Source: Cyanophyceae cyanobacterium (GTDB taxonomy: Bacteria > Cyanobacteriota > Cyanobacteriia > Cyanobacteriales > JBHJGN01). Taken from it: a stretch of 64,000 bases of DNA. Under the pieces are notes generated by a model. The model made no database searches, was not told the origin of the DNA, and was given only the letters and a program-made list of their open reading frames with translations. Positions 1-8,399 of the stretch are shown piece after piece. The stretch lies in NCBI GenBank assembly GCA_050331735.1, contig JBHJGN010000001.1:32001-96000 (forward strand), given 5' to 3'. The translations under genes were made by a program, and so were the position numbers. Every line of letters begins with the position of its first letter. The stretch's first letter is position 1.

Positions 1-15
1 CGGCACTTAAAATGA

Positions 16-198
16 CCAACACCAGTGGCTCTCCTAGAAACGTTACGCCCAGCGCTATTTGATCGAGCAAAAGAGTATGATTTGCTCTCAGCGCCTGTAG
101 AATTGCCGTATCAATTGCTTGAGTTTCTTGCCCGAGAACGTCATCGGCTAGTTCAACAAAGCTCCAGAGTGCTAAAACCGTTACGCCCAAACCACTAA
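16..198 (+). other. Possible 3' end or fragment of a CDS at the window edge (PTPVALLETLRPALFDRAKEYDLL...LRPNH*)
   Basis: Frame +1 is open from 16 to TAA at 196-198 with protein-like composition, but an in-frame TGA lies at 13-15. A GTG at 25 is an alternative start. Confidence 0.25.
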
Positions 199-423
199 CA
201 AAGACAACCGACAGGAGAGGCTCTAGCTTTGAGCTGATGTGATTGTTCCACCCCTGAATCAGCCACTGAATTAAATTACTCATTGCTAATGCGATCGCTA
301 CGCCTACAATACGTCTTCAGTATAAGTAAGAATGATGGCTCTTCAGCGACAGCTAAGCACAAGCACTCTTCCTAGGATTAGCCAAACGCTACGCAACAGC
401 GGCTCGCCAAAGTTTGCTCACCT

Positions 424-612
424 TCAAAGCGTGAGGTTTTGTTTGATTAGATCTTTGATAACGTTGTCCTTAACCATCAATAACCGGGATGCCTTGAGCA
501 GAAGAGAAACCGCCTGTTCCCGGCTCATCTCTTGAGCAGAGTCCTGAAATCGTCTTAGCTCAAATTCCTGTTCCAGGGTGAGATCCAAGTCTAAATAAGC
601 AGAACTATCCAT
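424..612 (-). CDS. nblA: Phycobilisome degradation adaptor NblA (NblA2-like)
   Basis: 62 aa with the LTLEQEFEL...MSREQA...LMVKDNVIKDL pattern of the NblA family. Confidence 0.85.
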   Translation of the reverse strand: MDSSAYLDLDLTLEQEFELRRFQDSAQEMSREQAVSLLLKASRLLMVKDNVIKDLIKQNLTL

Positions 613-991
613 TTTGCCTCTTTAATCATTCAAAAGGTGTGTTCGGGTCGCCCGTTTTAATGAGCTATAGGCAATTTTGACTAAGCTTAACCAACCGTCT
701 TTTTGCCGTTGGTTTTATGCTATATTTCCTCAATTCATACGTGCTTCTGTCTAAGGGAATAACAAAAGCTTGTATTTATATTGGCTGATTTATGGCCGCT
801 TCTATTAGTTGTTTTATGCGATAAAATATCAGCTCATTCTTTAGATAGATTTTCAAAAGATCGTTGGCTAATTAAAAGAAAATGCGTGTTCTAACTGAGG
901 TATGCTCAGAATTTTCTCTGTTAGGTTGTGCTTAGGATTTTGGACATTCTGCTTTCAATTAGCAGAAAACTATCATTAAAAACTATTAGCC

Positions 992-1873
992 ATGAAACTA
1001 ACAACACTATTGAGTCTTTTGCCAGTAATTTATTTATGTTCCGCTGATTTAGCGAAGGCACAACCTAGTCCACCAACCCCTGTACCGTCACCCTCGGTTT
1101 CAGTGGCGGAAGATAGCCCGGTTACCCGTGAATCTGCCTACAACGAGTACATGCGCCTCGGCTATGCCGCCGCCAAACGAGAGGACTACCAATCGGCTGC
1201 TCGGTATTTTAGATCGGCCCTATTCTATCGACCTCAAGACAGAGATGCAACAATCGCCTACTGGAACGCGAAAGATGCTCTCCGTCAAAACCCAGGTGAG
1301 TCAGCTCGTTCTGACTATGATCGCTATATGGAAATTGGGTACGATGCGGTTGAGCAAGAAGATTATCAGACCGCGTTAATTAACTTTCGCAGAGCCTTAG
1401 AAGAACGACCCGATGACTATTACGCCACTCAAGCCGTCCGTAACGTTAACACCTATATTAATCGCGGGGAAGAAGAACCAGAAGCAAGTCCGACGGTATA
1501 TACCGGTGAATCTGCCTACGACCGCTATATGAGGCTCGGCTTTGCCGCCGCCAAGCGCGAAGATTACCGCAGGGCTGCTCGCTATTTTCGCAGCGCTTTG
1601 TACGAACGTCCCGACGACCGACAGGCAACCATTGCCTTTTGGAATGCTCAAGATGTCGTCAAAGAGGGAACCGAGAGTGCGACAGAGACAGAATCAGATT
1701 ACGATCGCTACATGAGAATTGGTTACGATGCCGCTGAACGAGAAAACTACCAAACGGCACTCATTAATTTTAGAAGAGCACTGCGAGAACGTCCCGATGA
1801 CTACTATGCGACTCAGGCGGTGCGCAACGTGCAAACCTATATTAACCGAGGCGAGGCCCGCTCGACGCCGTAA
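992..1873 (+). CDS. Secreted TPR-like repeat protein with an internal tandem duplication
   Basis: N-terminal signal peptide (ends AKA-Q), Pro-rich linker, and four helical modules YxxYMxxGYxAxxxEDYxxAxxxFRxAL in ABAB order. Confidence 0.8.
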   Translation: MKLTTLLSLLPVIYLCSADLAKAQPSPPTPVPSPSVSVAEDSPVTRESAYNEYMRLGYAAAKREDYQSAARYFRSALFYRPQDRDATIAYWNAKDALRQNPGESARSDYDRYMEIGYDAVEQEDYQTALINFRRALEERPDDYYATQAVRNVNTYINRGEEEPEASPTVYTGESAYDRYMRLGFAAAKREDYRRAARYFRSALYERPDDRQATIAFWNAQDVVKEGTESATETESDYDRYMRIGYDAAERENYQTALINFRRALRERPDDYYATQAVRNVQTYINRGEARSTP

Positions 1874-2265
1874 CAGCCTAGCTTCTCTCGACTGTTGTAA
1901 AGGCCATGCCAGTCAATATCTGAAGCTTGATCCGTCATTGGCAACACTGTGAGTGTGAGGCGCTCATGAGCAACGGGGGCGATCGCTACCATTGCTCGTG
2001 AGCGCTATGATTGTTGTACTGACACAATTAAACTTCGCCCGGTTAGCGAACGCGAACGGGTATCCATCGAACTCAGCTCCTCTGAAAGAGGCACTTCTTC
2101 CAGGTGCTGCTTTTAGACTGTTTAATCGCCCTAGAATAATGGCTGATCCCAGCTAAAAAGTTGACAATCGAGCAGCAATCGGAAAAACTGTGTCGTATTA
2201 TACTCAATATTAAAAATAATCAGCCCAAGATAAGAAGAAACTTAGCAGGAATGAATCAAGTATCA

Positions 2266-3318
2266 ATGCAGAAGTGGAATTCTTTACTGGTAGCCACTGT
2301 ACTCTTGGCCGCTCCATTGGCTGCCTGTGGGGGGGGAGACGTTGCCCAGGAAGGAGAAGGCGGTGGCAACGGTGGCGGTCTTCTCAGTACCGTCCAGGAC
2401 CGAGGCACCGTTGTCTGTGGAGTCAATGGTCAGTTGCCTGGGTTTAGCTTTGTCAATGAAAGCGGCGAGTATTCTGGGATGGATGTTGATATCTGTCGGG
2501 CCGTTGCCGCGGCTCTATTTGACGATCCCTCTCAGGTAGAATTCCGCAACCTGAGCGCTCAAGAGCGATTTACAGCCGTTCAGGCCGGAGAAGTCGATTT
2601 ACTCAGTCGCAATACCACCTGGACCATCAGCCGCGATACTTCAGTCGGAATGGAGTTTGCGCCCACAACTTTCTACGATGGTCAAGGAATGCTGGTGACT
2701 CGCTCCAGCGGTATTCAAGATTTAGCGGGACTGGAAGGCCAAGCGATTTGCGTTCAGTCGGGAACGACCACCGAACTGAACCTCGCCGACCAAATGCGCA
2801 AGCGCGGCATCAACTACGAGTCCGTGGTGTTTGATGACGAAGATGCCCTCTATGCGGCTTACGAACAGGGGCGCTGTCAAGCCGCCACCTCCGACCGTTC
2901 CCAGCTCATTGCTCGCAAAAACAACCTTCCTACTCCAGACGACCACATTATTCTGGATGCGGTTCTGTCTAAAGAACCTCTCGGTCCAACGGTAGCCGAC
3001 GGCGATAACCAATGGTCTGATGCAATCGAGTGGATTACCTATGCGCTGATTGAAGCCGAAGAATTGGGGATCAACTCAGAAAACATCGATAGCTTTCAAA
3101 ATAGCGAAGACCCCAATATCCGTCGCTTCTTAGGACTAGAAGGAAACTTAGGAGAAGATATGGGACTGCCCAACGATTTTGCGGCTCGCATCGTGCGTCA
3201 TGTGGGCAACTATGGTGAAGTCTACGAGCGCAACATTGGAGAACCCTTCGATTTAGAGCGAGGAGCAAATGCTCTTTGGACTAACGGAGGATTGCTCTAT
3301 TCGCCGCCTTTCCGCTAA
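2266..3318 (+). CDS. natF: Amino-acid ABC transporter substrate-binding lipoprotein (NatF/AapJ/BztA family)
   Basis: Lipobox LAAC; CGVNGQLPGFS, VDLLSRNTTWT and GGLLYSPPFR motifs. Start moved to ATG 2266 (2251 possible); the ORF-track TTG at 2161 looks like promoter DNA. Confidence 0.9.
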   Translation: MQKWNSLLVATVLLAAPLAACGGGDVAQEGEGGGNGGGLLSTVQDRGTVVCGVNGQLPGFSFVNESGEYSGMDVDICRAVAAALFDDPSQVEFRNLSAQERFTAVQAGEVDLLSRNTTWTISRDTSVGMEFAPTTFYDGQGMLVTRSSGIQDLAGLEGQAICVQSGTTTELNLADQMRKRGINYESVVFDDEDALYAAYEQGRCQAATSDRSQLIARKNNLPTPDDHIILDAVLSKEPLGPTVADGDNQWSDAIEWITYALIEAEELGINSENIDSFQNSEDPNIRRFLGLEGNLGEDMGLPNDFAARIVRHVGNYGEVYERNIGEPFDLERGANALWTNGGLLYSPPFR

Positions 3319-3504
3319 AAAGTCAGGGGTGAGAACATCGCAGCGGGATTGGTTCAGCTATTGGCTGTTAGCTCTTAGCAATGAGGAAACGCTCAGTTTG
3401 CCTATCCAGATAGCTCTAAGGTTTTTACGAATCGAGCAGCTAATTGCTAACGGCTCAAAGCTGTTAGTGAATTCTTCACGATTGGATGTCCTACGGGTTC
3501 AAAA

Positions 3505-4665
3505 ATGGCTCAAGAAAAAATTCCTTTTTGGCGAAACCAGCGCGTTCTGCAAATTGTTGGGCAGGCGATCGTTGTTCTGATTCTCATTGCTGTTGTAGCG
3601 GTGCTGGGCAGCAATTTGTCGCGCAACTTCCGGCAGCTAGGACTGAGTTTTGGATTTGGCTTTCTCGACCGCACCGCCTCCTTTGGCATTAGCGATACCG
3701 TCATTCCCTATCGCCCGACCGACCCTTATCTCCAGGCACTTCTAGTCGGGTTGCTCAATTCGCTGCGGGTGATGATTTTAGGCATTATCCTGGCTTCGGT
3801 GCTTGGCATCACCGTGGGGATTGGTCGGTTATCCGACAACTGGCTAGTTGAGCGGATTGCCACGGTTTATGTCGAAACCATTCGCAATACGCCACTCCTC
3901 CTTCAGCTATTCTTTTGGTATTTTGCCGTCTTTCTCAAGCTGCCATCGATCGATAATGCTGTCCGGTTTCCCGGTCCAATTTTCTTGACGCAGCGAGGTA
4001 TGGATATTCCCTGGTTTGCCGCAACGACTCAAACCTGGTTATCTATTGCCGTCATCATTGCCAGCGTTGTCCTAATTGGGTTTTTATGGCAGCGACGAAC
4101 AAGAGTGATGGTGCAGCAGGGGCAGTCAGGACAGACTCTTAAGCTAGCAATCATTGCCTTAGCCGTTGTTGCCGTTCTCGCGATTATTTTTGGGCTAGAT
4201 TGGTCTCAGCCCCAGCTTAATGCGAGTGCTAATACCATCGGTGGTGGACTCAACTTGTCCCCAGAGTTCGCCACCATTCTGTTTGGTTTGGTCATTTATA
4301 CAGCAGCTTTTATTGCCGAAGTCGTGCGGGCTGGAATTCAGTCGGTCAATCGCGGACAGTGGGAAGCGGCGAGGGCATTAGGGCTAAAATCGGGGTTAGT
4401 AATGCAGCTAGTGATCTTCCCGCAGGCTCTCCGGGTGATGATTCCGCCGCTGACGAGCGAGTATCTCAACTTGGCGAAAAACTCCAGCTTAGCGATCGCC
4501 GTCGGCTACGCTGATATTTACGCCGTTTCCAACACCACCTCTAACCAAACAGGTCGGTCTTTAGAGATGTTGCTGATTGTGATGTCGAGCTACCTGACCA
4601 TCAATCTTGTGATTGCCCTAATCATGAACGGGTTCAATCGCTCAGCACAGATGAAAGAAAGATAA
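3505..4665 (+). CDS. natG: Amino-acid ABC transporter permease (NatG/AapQ)
   Basis: Multiple TM helices, RNTPLLLQL, and EAA loop GQWEAARALGL. Confidence 0.9.
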   Translation: MAQEKIPFWRNQRVLQIVGQAIVVLILIAVVAVLGSNLSRNFRQLGLSFGFGFLDRTASFGISDTVIPYRPTDPYLQALLVGLLNSLRVMILGIILASVLGITVGIGRLSDNWLVERIATVYVETIRNTPLLLQLFFWYFAVFLKLPSIDNAVRFPGPIFLTQRGMDIPWFAATTQTWLSIAVIIASVVLIGFLWQRRTRVMVQQGQSGQTLKLAIIALAVVAVLAIIFGLDWSQPQLNASANTIGGGLNLSPEFATILFGLVIYTAAFIAEVVRAGIQSVNRGQWEAARALGLKSGLVMQLVIFPQALRVMIPPLTSEYLNLAKNSSLAIAVGYADIYAVSNTTSNQTGRSLEMLLIVMSSYLTINLVIALIMNGFNRSAQMKER

Positions 4666-4733
4666 ATCGAGGCCAATTCGGACGGCCCCTAATGCCTCCG
4701 CAAATGCTCCGCTAACGAAGGAACTGCGTTCAT

Positions 4734-4778
4734 TCTCTCCTTTTCCCTTTGCCCCTTCCCCTTGCCCCTGCGACGCTA
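4734..4778. repeat. Partial copy of the purine-run/mini-hairpin repeat element, starting at the stop codon of the GGDEF gene
   Basis: Minus strand reads TAGCGTCGCAGGGGCAAGGGGAAGGGGCAAAGGGAAAAGG, similar to TAGCGCCGCAGGCGCGGGAAAAGGGG at 63406. Confidence 0.6.
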
Positions 4779-5783
4779 AGCGACTGCAACGGGGTCGCAC
4801 TTAGTTGTATTAGTCACAGTGTCTATGCAGTAACGATTGCGTCCTTGCTCTTTGGCTAAATACAGGAGGCGATCAGCAGCGGCGACCAAAGACTCAACCT
4901 CTGTCTGAGGAGCTGGAATTTGGCTACTGATTCCCATACTAAGAGTAACGTACTGATAGGCAGTGCGTTCGTGAGGAATCTTGAGCTGCTGAATCTGGCG
5001 CTGAATCAGCTTAGCAATGCGGATCGCTCCCGCGGGCTCTGTCTCTGGCAGAACGATGCCGAATTCTTCGCCTCCGTAACGAGCCAGCAGATCGGCGGGT
5101 CGTCTGAGAACTCCTCCGATGGCTTGAGCCACTCGCTTTAAACAGACATCTCCTGCCAAATGCCCATAGCAGTCGTTGTATTGCTTAAAGTAGTCGATAT
5201 CGCACATAATCAAGCTAACGGACATTTGTTTCCTCAGCATCCGTCGCCACTCCTGTTGAAGACACTGATCGAAGCGGCGGCGGTTAGCCACCTGAGTGAG
5301 GCTATCGATAATTGCCAGGCGCTGAAGCTCCTGATTTGCTTGTTCTAGCTCTGCTGCTTGTTCTACGACCTTTTGAGTTAATAATCGGAGCTTGAGATGA
5401 ACCTTAACTCTCGCAATGACTTCTTCTTGGTAGAACGGTTTAGTAATGTAGTCTACCGCTCCTAAAGATAGCCCTTTGACTTTGTTTTCTCCATCTGAAA
5501 GAGCTGTCATAAAAATGATCGGAACTTCTCGGGTAACAGCAAGGGCTTTAAGCCGACTACAGGTTTCAAAGCCGTCTATTCCCGGCATCTGAACGTCAAG
5601 TAAGATTAGCTCCGGTGGGTCTTCTTGAATTTGTTCAATAGCACTTTCCCCATCAACGGCGACTCGCACCTTCAACCCAGCATTTTTGAGGGCCTTAGAT
5701 AACACCGATAGATTCACAGGATTATCGTCAACGATGAGAAGATGACCAATATTAGCGAATGGCTCTGTCAGATAACGATTCAT
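4776..5783 (-). CDS. Response regulator receiver plus diguanylate cyclase (REC-GGDEF)
   Basis: REC domain (LLIVDD, LILLDVQMP, DYITKPF), coiled-coil linker, DSLT, RPAD I-site and an intact RYGGEEF active site. Confidence 0.93.
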   Translation of the reverse strand: MNRYLTEPFANIGHLLIVDDNPVNLSVLSKALKNAGLKVRVAVDGESAIEQIQEDPPELILLDVQMPGIDGFETCSRLKALAVTREVPIIFMTALSDGENKVKGLSLGAVDYITKPFYQEEVIARVKVHLKLRLLTQKVVEQAAELEQANQELQRLAIIDSLTQVANRRRFDQCLQQEWRRMLRKQMSVSLIMCDIDYFKQYNDCYGHLAGDVCLKRVAQAIGGVLRRPADLLARYGGEEFGIVLPETEPAGAIRIAKLIQRQIQQLKIPHERTAYQYVTLSMGISSQIPAPQTEVESLVAAADRLLYLAKEQGRNRYCIDTVTNTTKCDPVAVA

Positions 5784-6230
5784 GTTTCAGTTAAATTTGG
5801 AGAAGTCGTCAACAGCTTGAGTGAACATTGAGCTGGCTCAAAGCAGCCGGGGCATAGTGCAGACTCAGGTTCCGCACGTAAGACTGCCCCAAAGCCGGAG
5901 AAAGCTCCGGCGGAACATTGAGCAGTACAGGCTAATCACTGGTAGGCTACGGGTGTCGGTTGGTATCGCCACTTTAAGGAGCAGCCAGTGATTCTTCTCG
6001 CAGTATGCGAATATACATTTAAGAGCCGACGAGGAATCTTATAATTTGCATCATAAAAATTAAAGAATAGACTTGTAATCAGTAAAATCGCGGTCTTTTG
6101 CTCTTCTCTGGGAAGAGAAGCGGCGGGGATCGCCTAGTCATCACAACCAGGAATTGATACTCAAAGCGCAGCTAGAACCTTTGCCAAATGATGCTTTGAG
6201 CCAGCTCAGTTTTAAGCTTGTTTATTGTCT

Positions 6231-7448
6231 ATGACTTCAACCAACATCTCGCAAGAACCAGCCCCCCTCGCCCGACAAACTAAACCGCTGGTTTGGCTTA
6301 AGAAAAATTTATTTAGTACCTGGTACAACAGTATTCTCACCGTTGTCAGTCTCTTGCTGATCTATTGGTTAGCAACGGGATTTGTTTCTTGGCTCTTAAC
6401 TGAAGCAGATTGGGGAGTTATTCAAGCGAATCTGCGTCTATTTTTTGTCGGTCGCTACCCGGCGGAGCTACTGTGGCGTACCTGGGCCACTCTGGGCTTG
6501 ATTGTGGCCCTAGGAGGATTTAGCTGGGGCGTTCTGGCGCGTTCGTCGCGGCTGTTCAATCGAACTAGCTTAATTGTATTAGCGATCGCCGCCGCCGTTA
6601 GCGTTGTCCTGGCCTTGCCCGTCAGTGCAGTAGCGACGCTACTGCTGCTGGGGATGCTGATACTGCTCGTTGTGGCCGCGGTCCTAGGACAACAAATTGC
6701 TCAGCGGGCAGAATCATTGGCCAACTGGCTGCCGCTGCTGTGGCTGCTGGCTTTTTTTGTCGGGCTGTGGCTGCTTCAGGGTGGGTTCTTCCTGCGGCGC
6801 GTCCGCCTCGACAACTTCAGCGGACTAATCCTGACGCTGCTGGTGGCGGTGGTCAGTATTGTGCTGTCGTTTCCGTTTGGGGTGCTGCTTGCCTTGGGGC
6901 GGCAAAGCCATCTCCCCGTGATTCGCTGGCTGTCGATTGCCTACATCGAAGTGATTCGGGGCTTGCCTCTAATTGGAATTCTGTTTATGGCTCAGGTGAT
7001 GCTGCCCCTGGTGCTGCCGGTGGGGGTGCGACCTGATCGGGTCGTGCGGGCGATCGCCGGATTTACCCTCTTTAGCGCAGCCTACCTAGCAGAAAACGTG
7101 CGGGGCGGCCTACAGTCGGTTCCGAGAGGTCAAGCCGAAGCCGCCAGAGCCTTGGGTCTTAATTCTCTGCTGGTCGTGGGCCTGATTGTGCTGCCCCAGG
7201 CGCTGAAGGCGGTTATTCCCACGATTGTCGGCCAGTTTATCAGTCTGTTTAAAGATACCTCCCTGCTGGCGATCGTCGGCTTGGTGGAGCTTCTCGGCAT
7301 CTCTCAATCGATTCTGTCTAACCCGAAGTTTATTGGCGAGTACGCAGAAGTGTATCTATTTGTCGCGTTAATCTATTGGCTCTGCTGCTATTCAATGGCT
7401 TTAGCGAGTAGAAGATTAGAAAAGCAGTTAAATGCTGGTCAGAGATGA
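6231..7448 (+). CDS. natH: Amino-acid ABC transporter permease (NatH/AapM)
   Basis: WLKKNLFSTWYNS N-terminus, RGLPLI, and EAA loop GQAEAARALGL. Confidence 0.9.
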   Translation: MTSTNISQEPAPLARQTKPLVWLKKNLFSTWYNSILTVVSLLLIYWLATGFVSWLLTEADWGVIQANLRLFFVGRYPAELLWRTWATLGLIVALGGFSWGVLARSSRLFNRTSLIVLAIAAAVSVVLALPVSAVATLLLLGMLILLVVAAVLGQQIAQRAESLANWLPLLWLLAFFVGLWLLQGGFFLRRVRLDNFSGLILTLLVAVVSIVLSFPFGVLLALGRQSHLPVIRWLSIAYIEVIRGLPLIGILFMAQVMLPLVLPVGVRPDRVVRAIAGFTLFSAAYLAENVRGGLQSVPRGQAEAARALGLNSLLVVGLIVLPQALKAVIPTIVGQFISLFKDTSLLAIVGLVELLGISQSILSNPKFIGEYAEVYLFVALIYWLCCYSMALASRRLEKQLNAGQR

Positions 7449-7583
7449 AGCAAGCAGTAACGCTTGAGAAGCGTACTAGCGAGGCAGAGAGGTACAAGCT
7501 TATGCTTTTGTTGCAAAATCAACAGATTAGCCCGAATAAACCGAGATAATTGATCTATAATTTAGCGTTTTCAATTTTTTGAT

Positions 7584-8363
7584 ATGACCCGCTCCGATCT
7601 TGATACAGATATGGCTCAAGAAGCTTCCGTCAGCGACATTATCGTGGCCGATGATGTCCATAAGTGGTACGACAATGACTTTCACGTGCTGCGGGGAGTC
7701 AATCTGACCGTGAATAAGCAGGAAGTGGTCGTCATTATGGGGCCTTCTGGTTCGGGAAAATCGACTTTCATCCGCACGTTTAATGCTTTAGAGCCTTATC
7801 AAAAAGGCAAAATCGTCGTGGACGGCACTGAGCTGTCCCACGATTTAAAAAACATTGAAACAATTCGCCGGGAAGTGGGCATGGTGTTTCAGCAGTTTAA
7901 CTTGTTTCCCCATCTCAGCGTTCTCAAAAATGTGACGCTCGCGCCAATTTGGGTGCGTCGCTGGCCCAAGAAAAAAGCCGAAGAAGTGGCCATGCAGCTT
8001 CTCGAGCGAGTGGGAATTTTAGAACAGGCCCATAAGTATCCCGGGCAACTTTCTGGCGGGCAACAGCAGCGAGTGGCGATCGCCCGCGCCCTCGCCATGC
8101 AGCCCAAAGTCATGCTGTTTGACGAACCCACCTCCGCCCTCGATCCAGAAATGGTCAGAGAAGTGCTAGACACCATGCGCAGCTTAGCCAGTTCTGGCAT
8201 GACAATGGTTTGCGTCACCCACGAAGTCGGCTTCGCCCGGGAAGTAGCCGACCGCGTAGTGCTGATGGACGAAGGAACCATTGTCGAAATTGCCAAGCCA
8301 GAAGAATTTTTCAACAATCCCCAAGAAGAACGTTCCCAAAAGTTCCTCTCCCAAATTCTTTAG
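7584..8363 (+). CDS. Polar amino-acid ABC transporter ATP-binding protein (AapP/GlnQ/BgtA-like)
   Basis: Walker A GPSGSGKS, signature LSGGQQQR, Walker [14 protein letters not shown]. Confidence 0.93.
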   Translation: MTRSDLDTDMAQEASVSDIIVADDVHKWYDNDFHVLRGVNLTVNKQEVVVIMGPSGSGKSTFIRTFNALEPYQKGKIVVDGTELSHDLKNIETIRREVGMVFQQFNLFPHLSVLKNVTLAPIWVRRWPKKKAEEVAMQLLERVGILEQAHKYPGQLSGGQQQRVAIARALAMQPKVMLFDEPTSALDPEMVREVLDTMRSLASSGMTMVCVTHEVGFAREVADRVVLMDEGTIVEIAKPEEFFNNPQEERSQKFLSQIL

Positions 8364-8399
8364 CCCTGACAGAAGTTGGCAGTCAGCAATTCGCTCATT

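Noticed and set aside
2161..2265. N-terminal extension of natF from TTG 2161
   Set aside because: Begins with TTGACA and AT-rich promoter-like DNA; the lipoprotein signal peptide starts at ATG 2251/2266.
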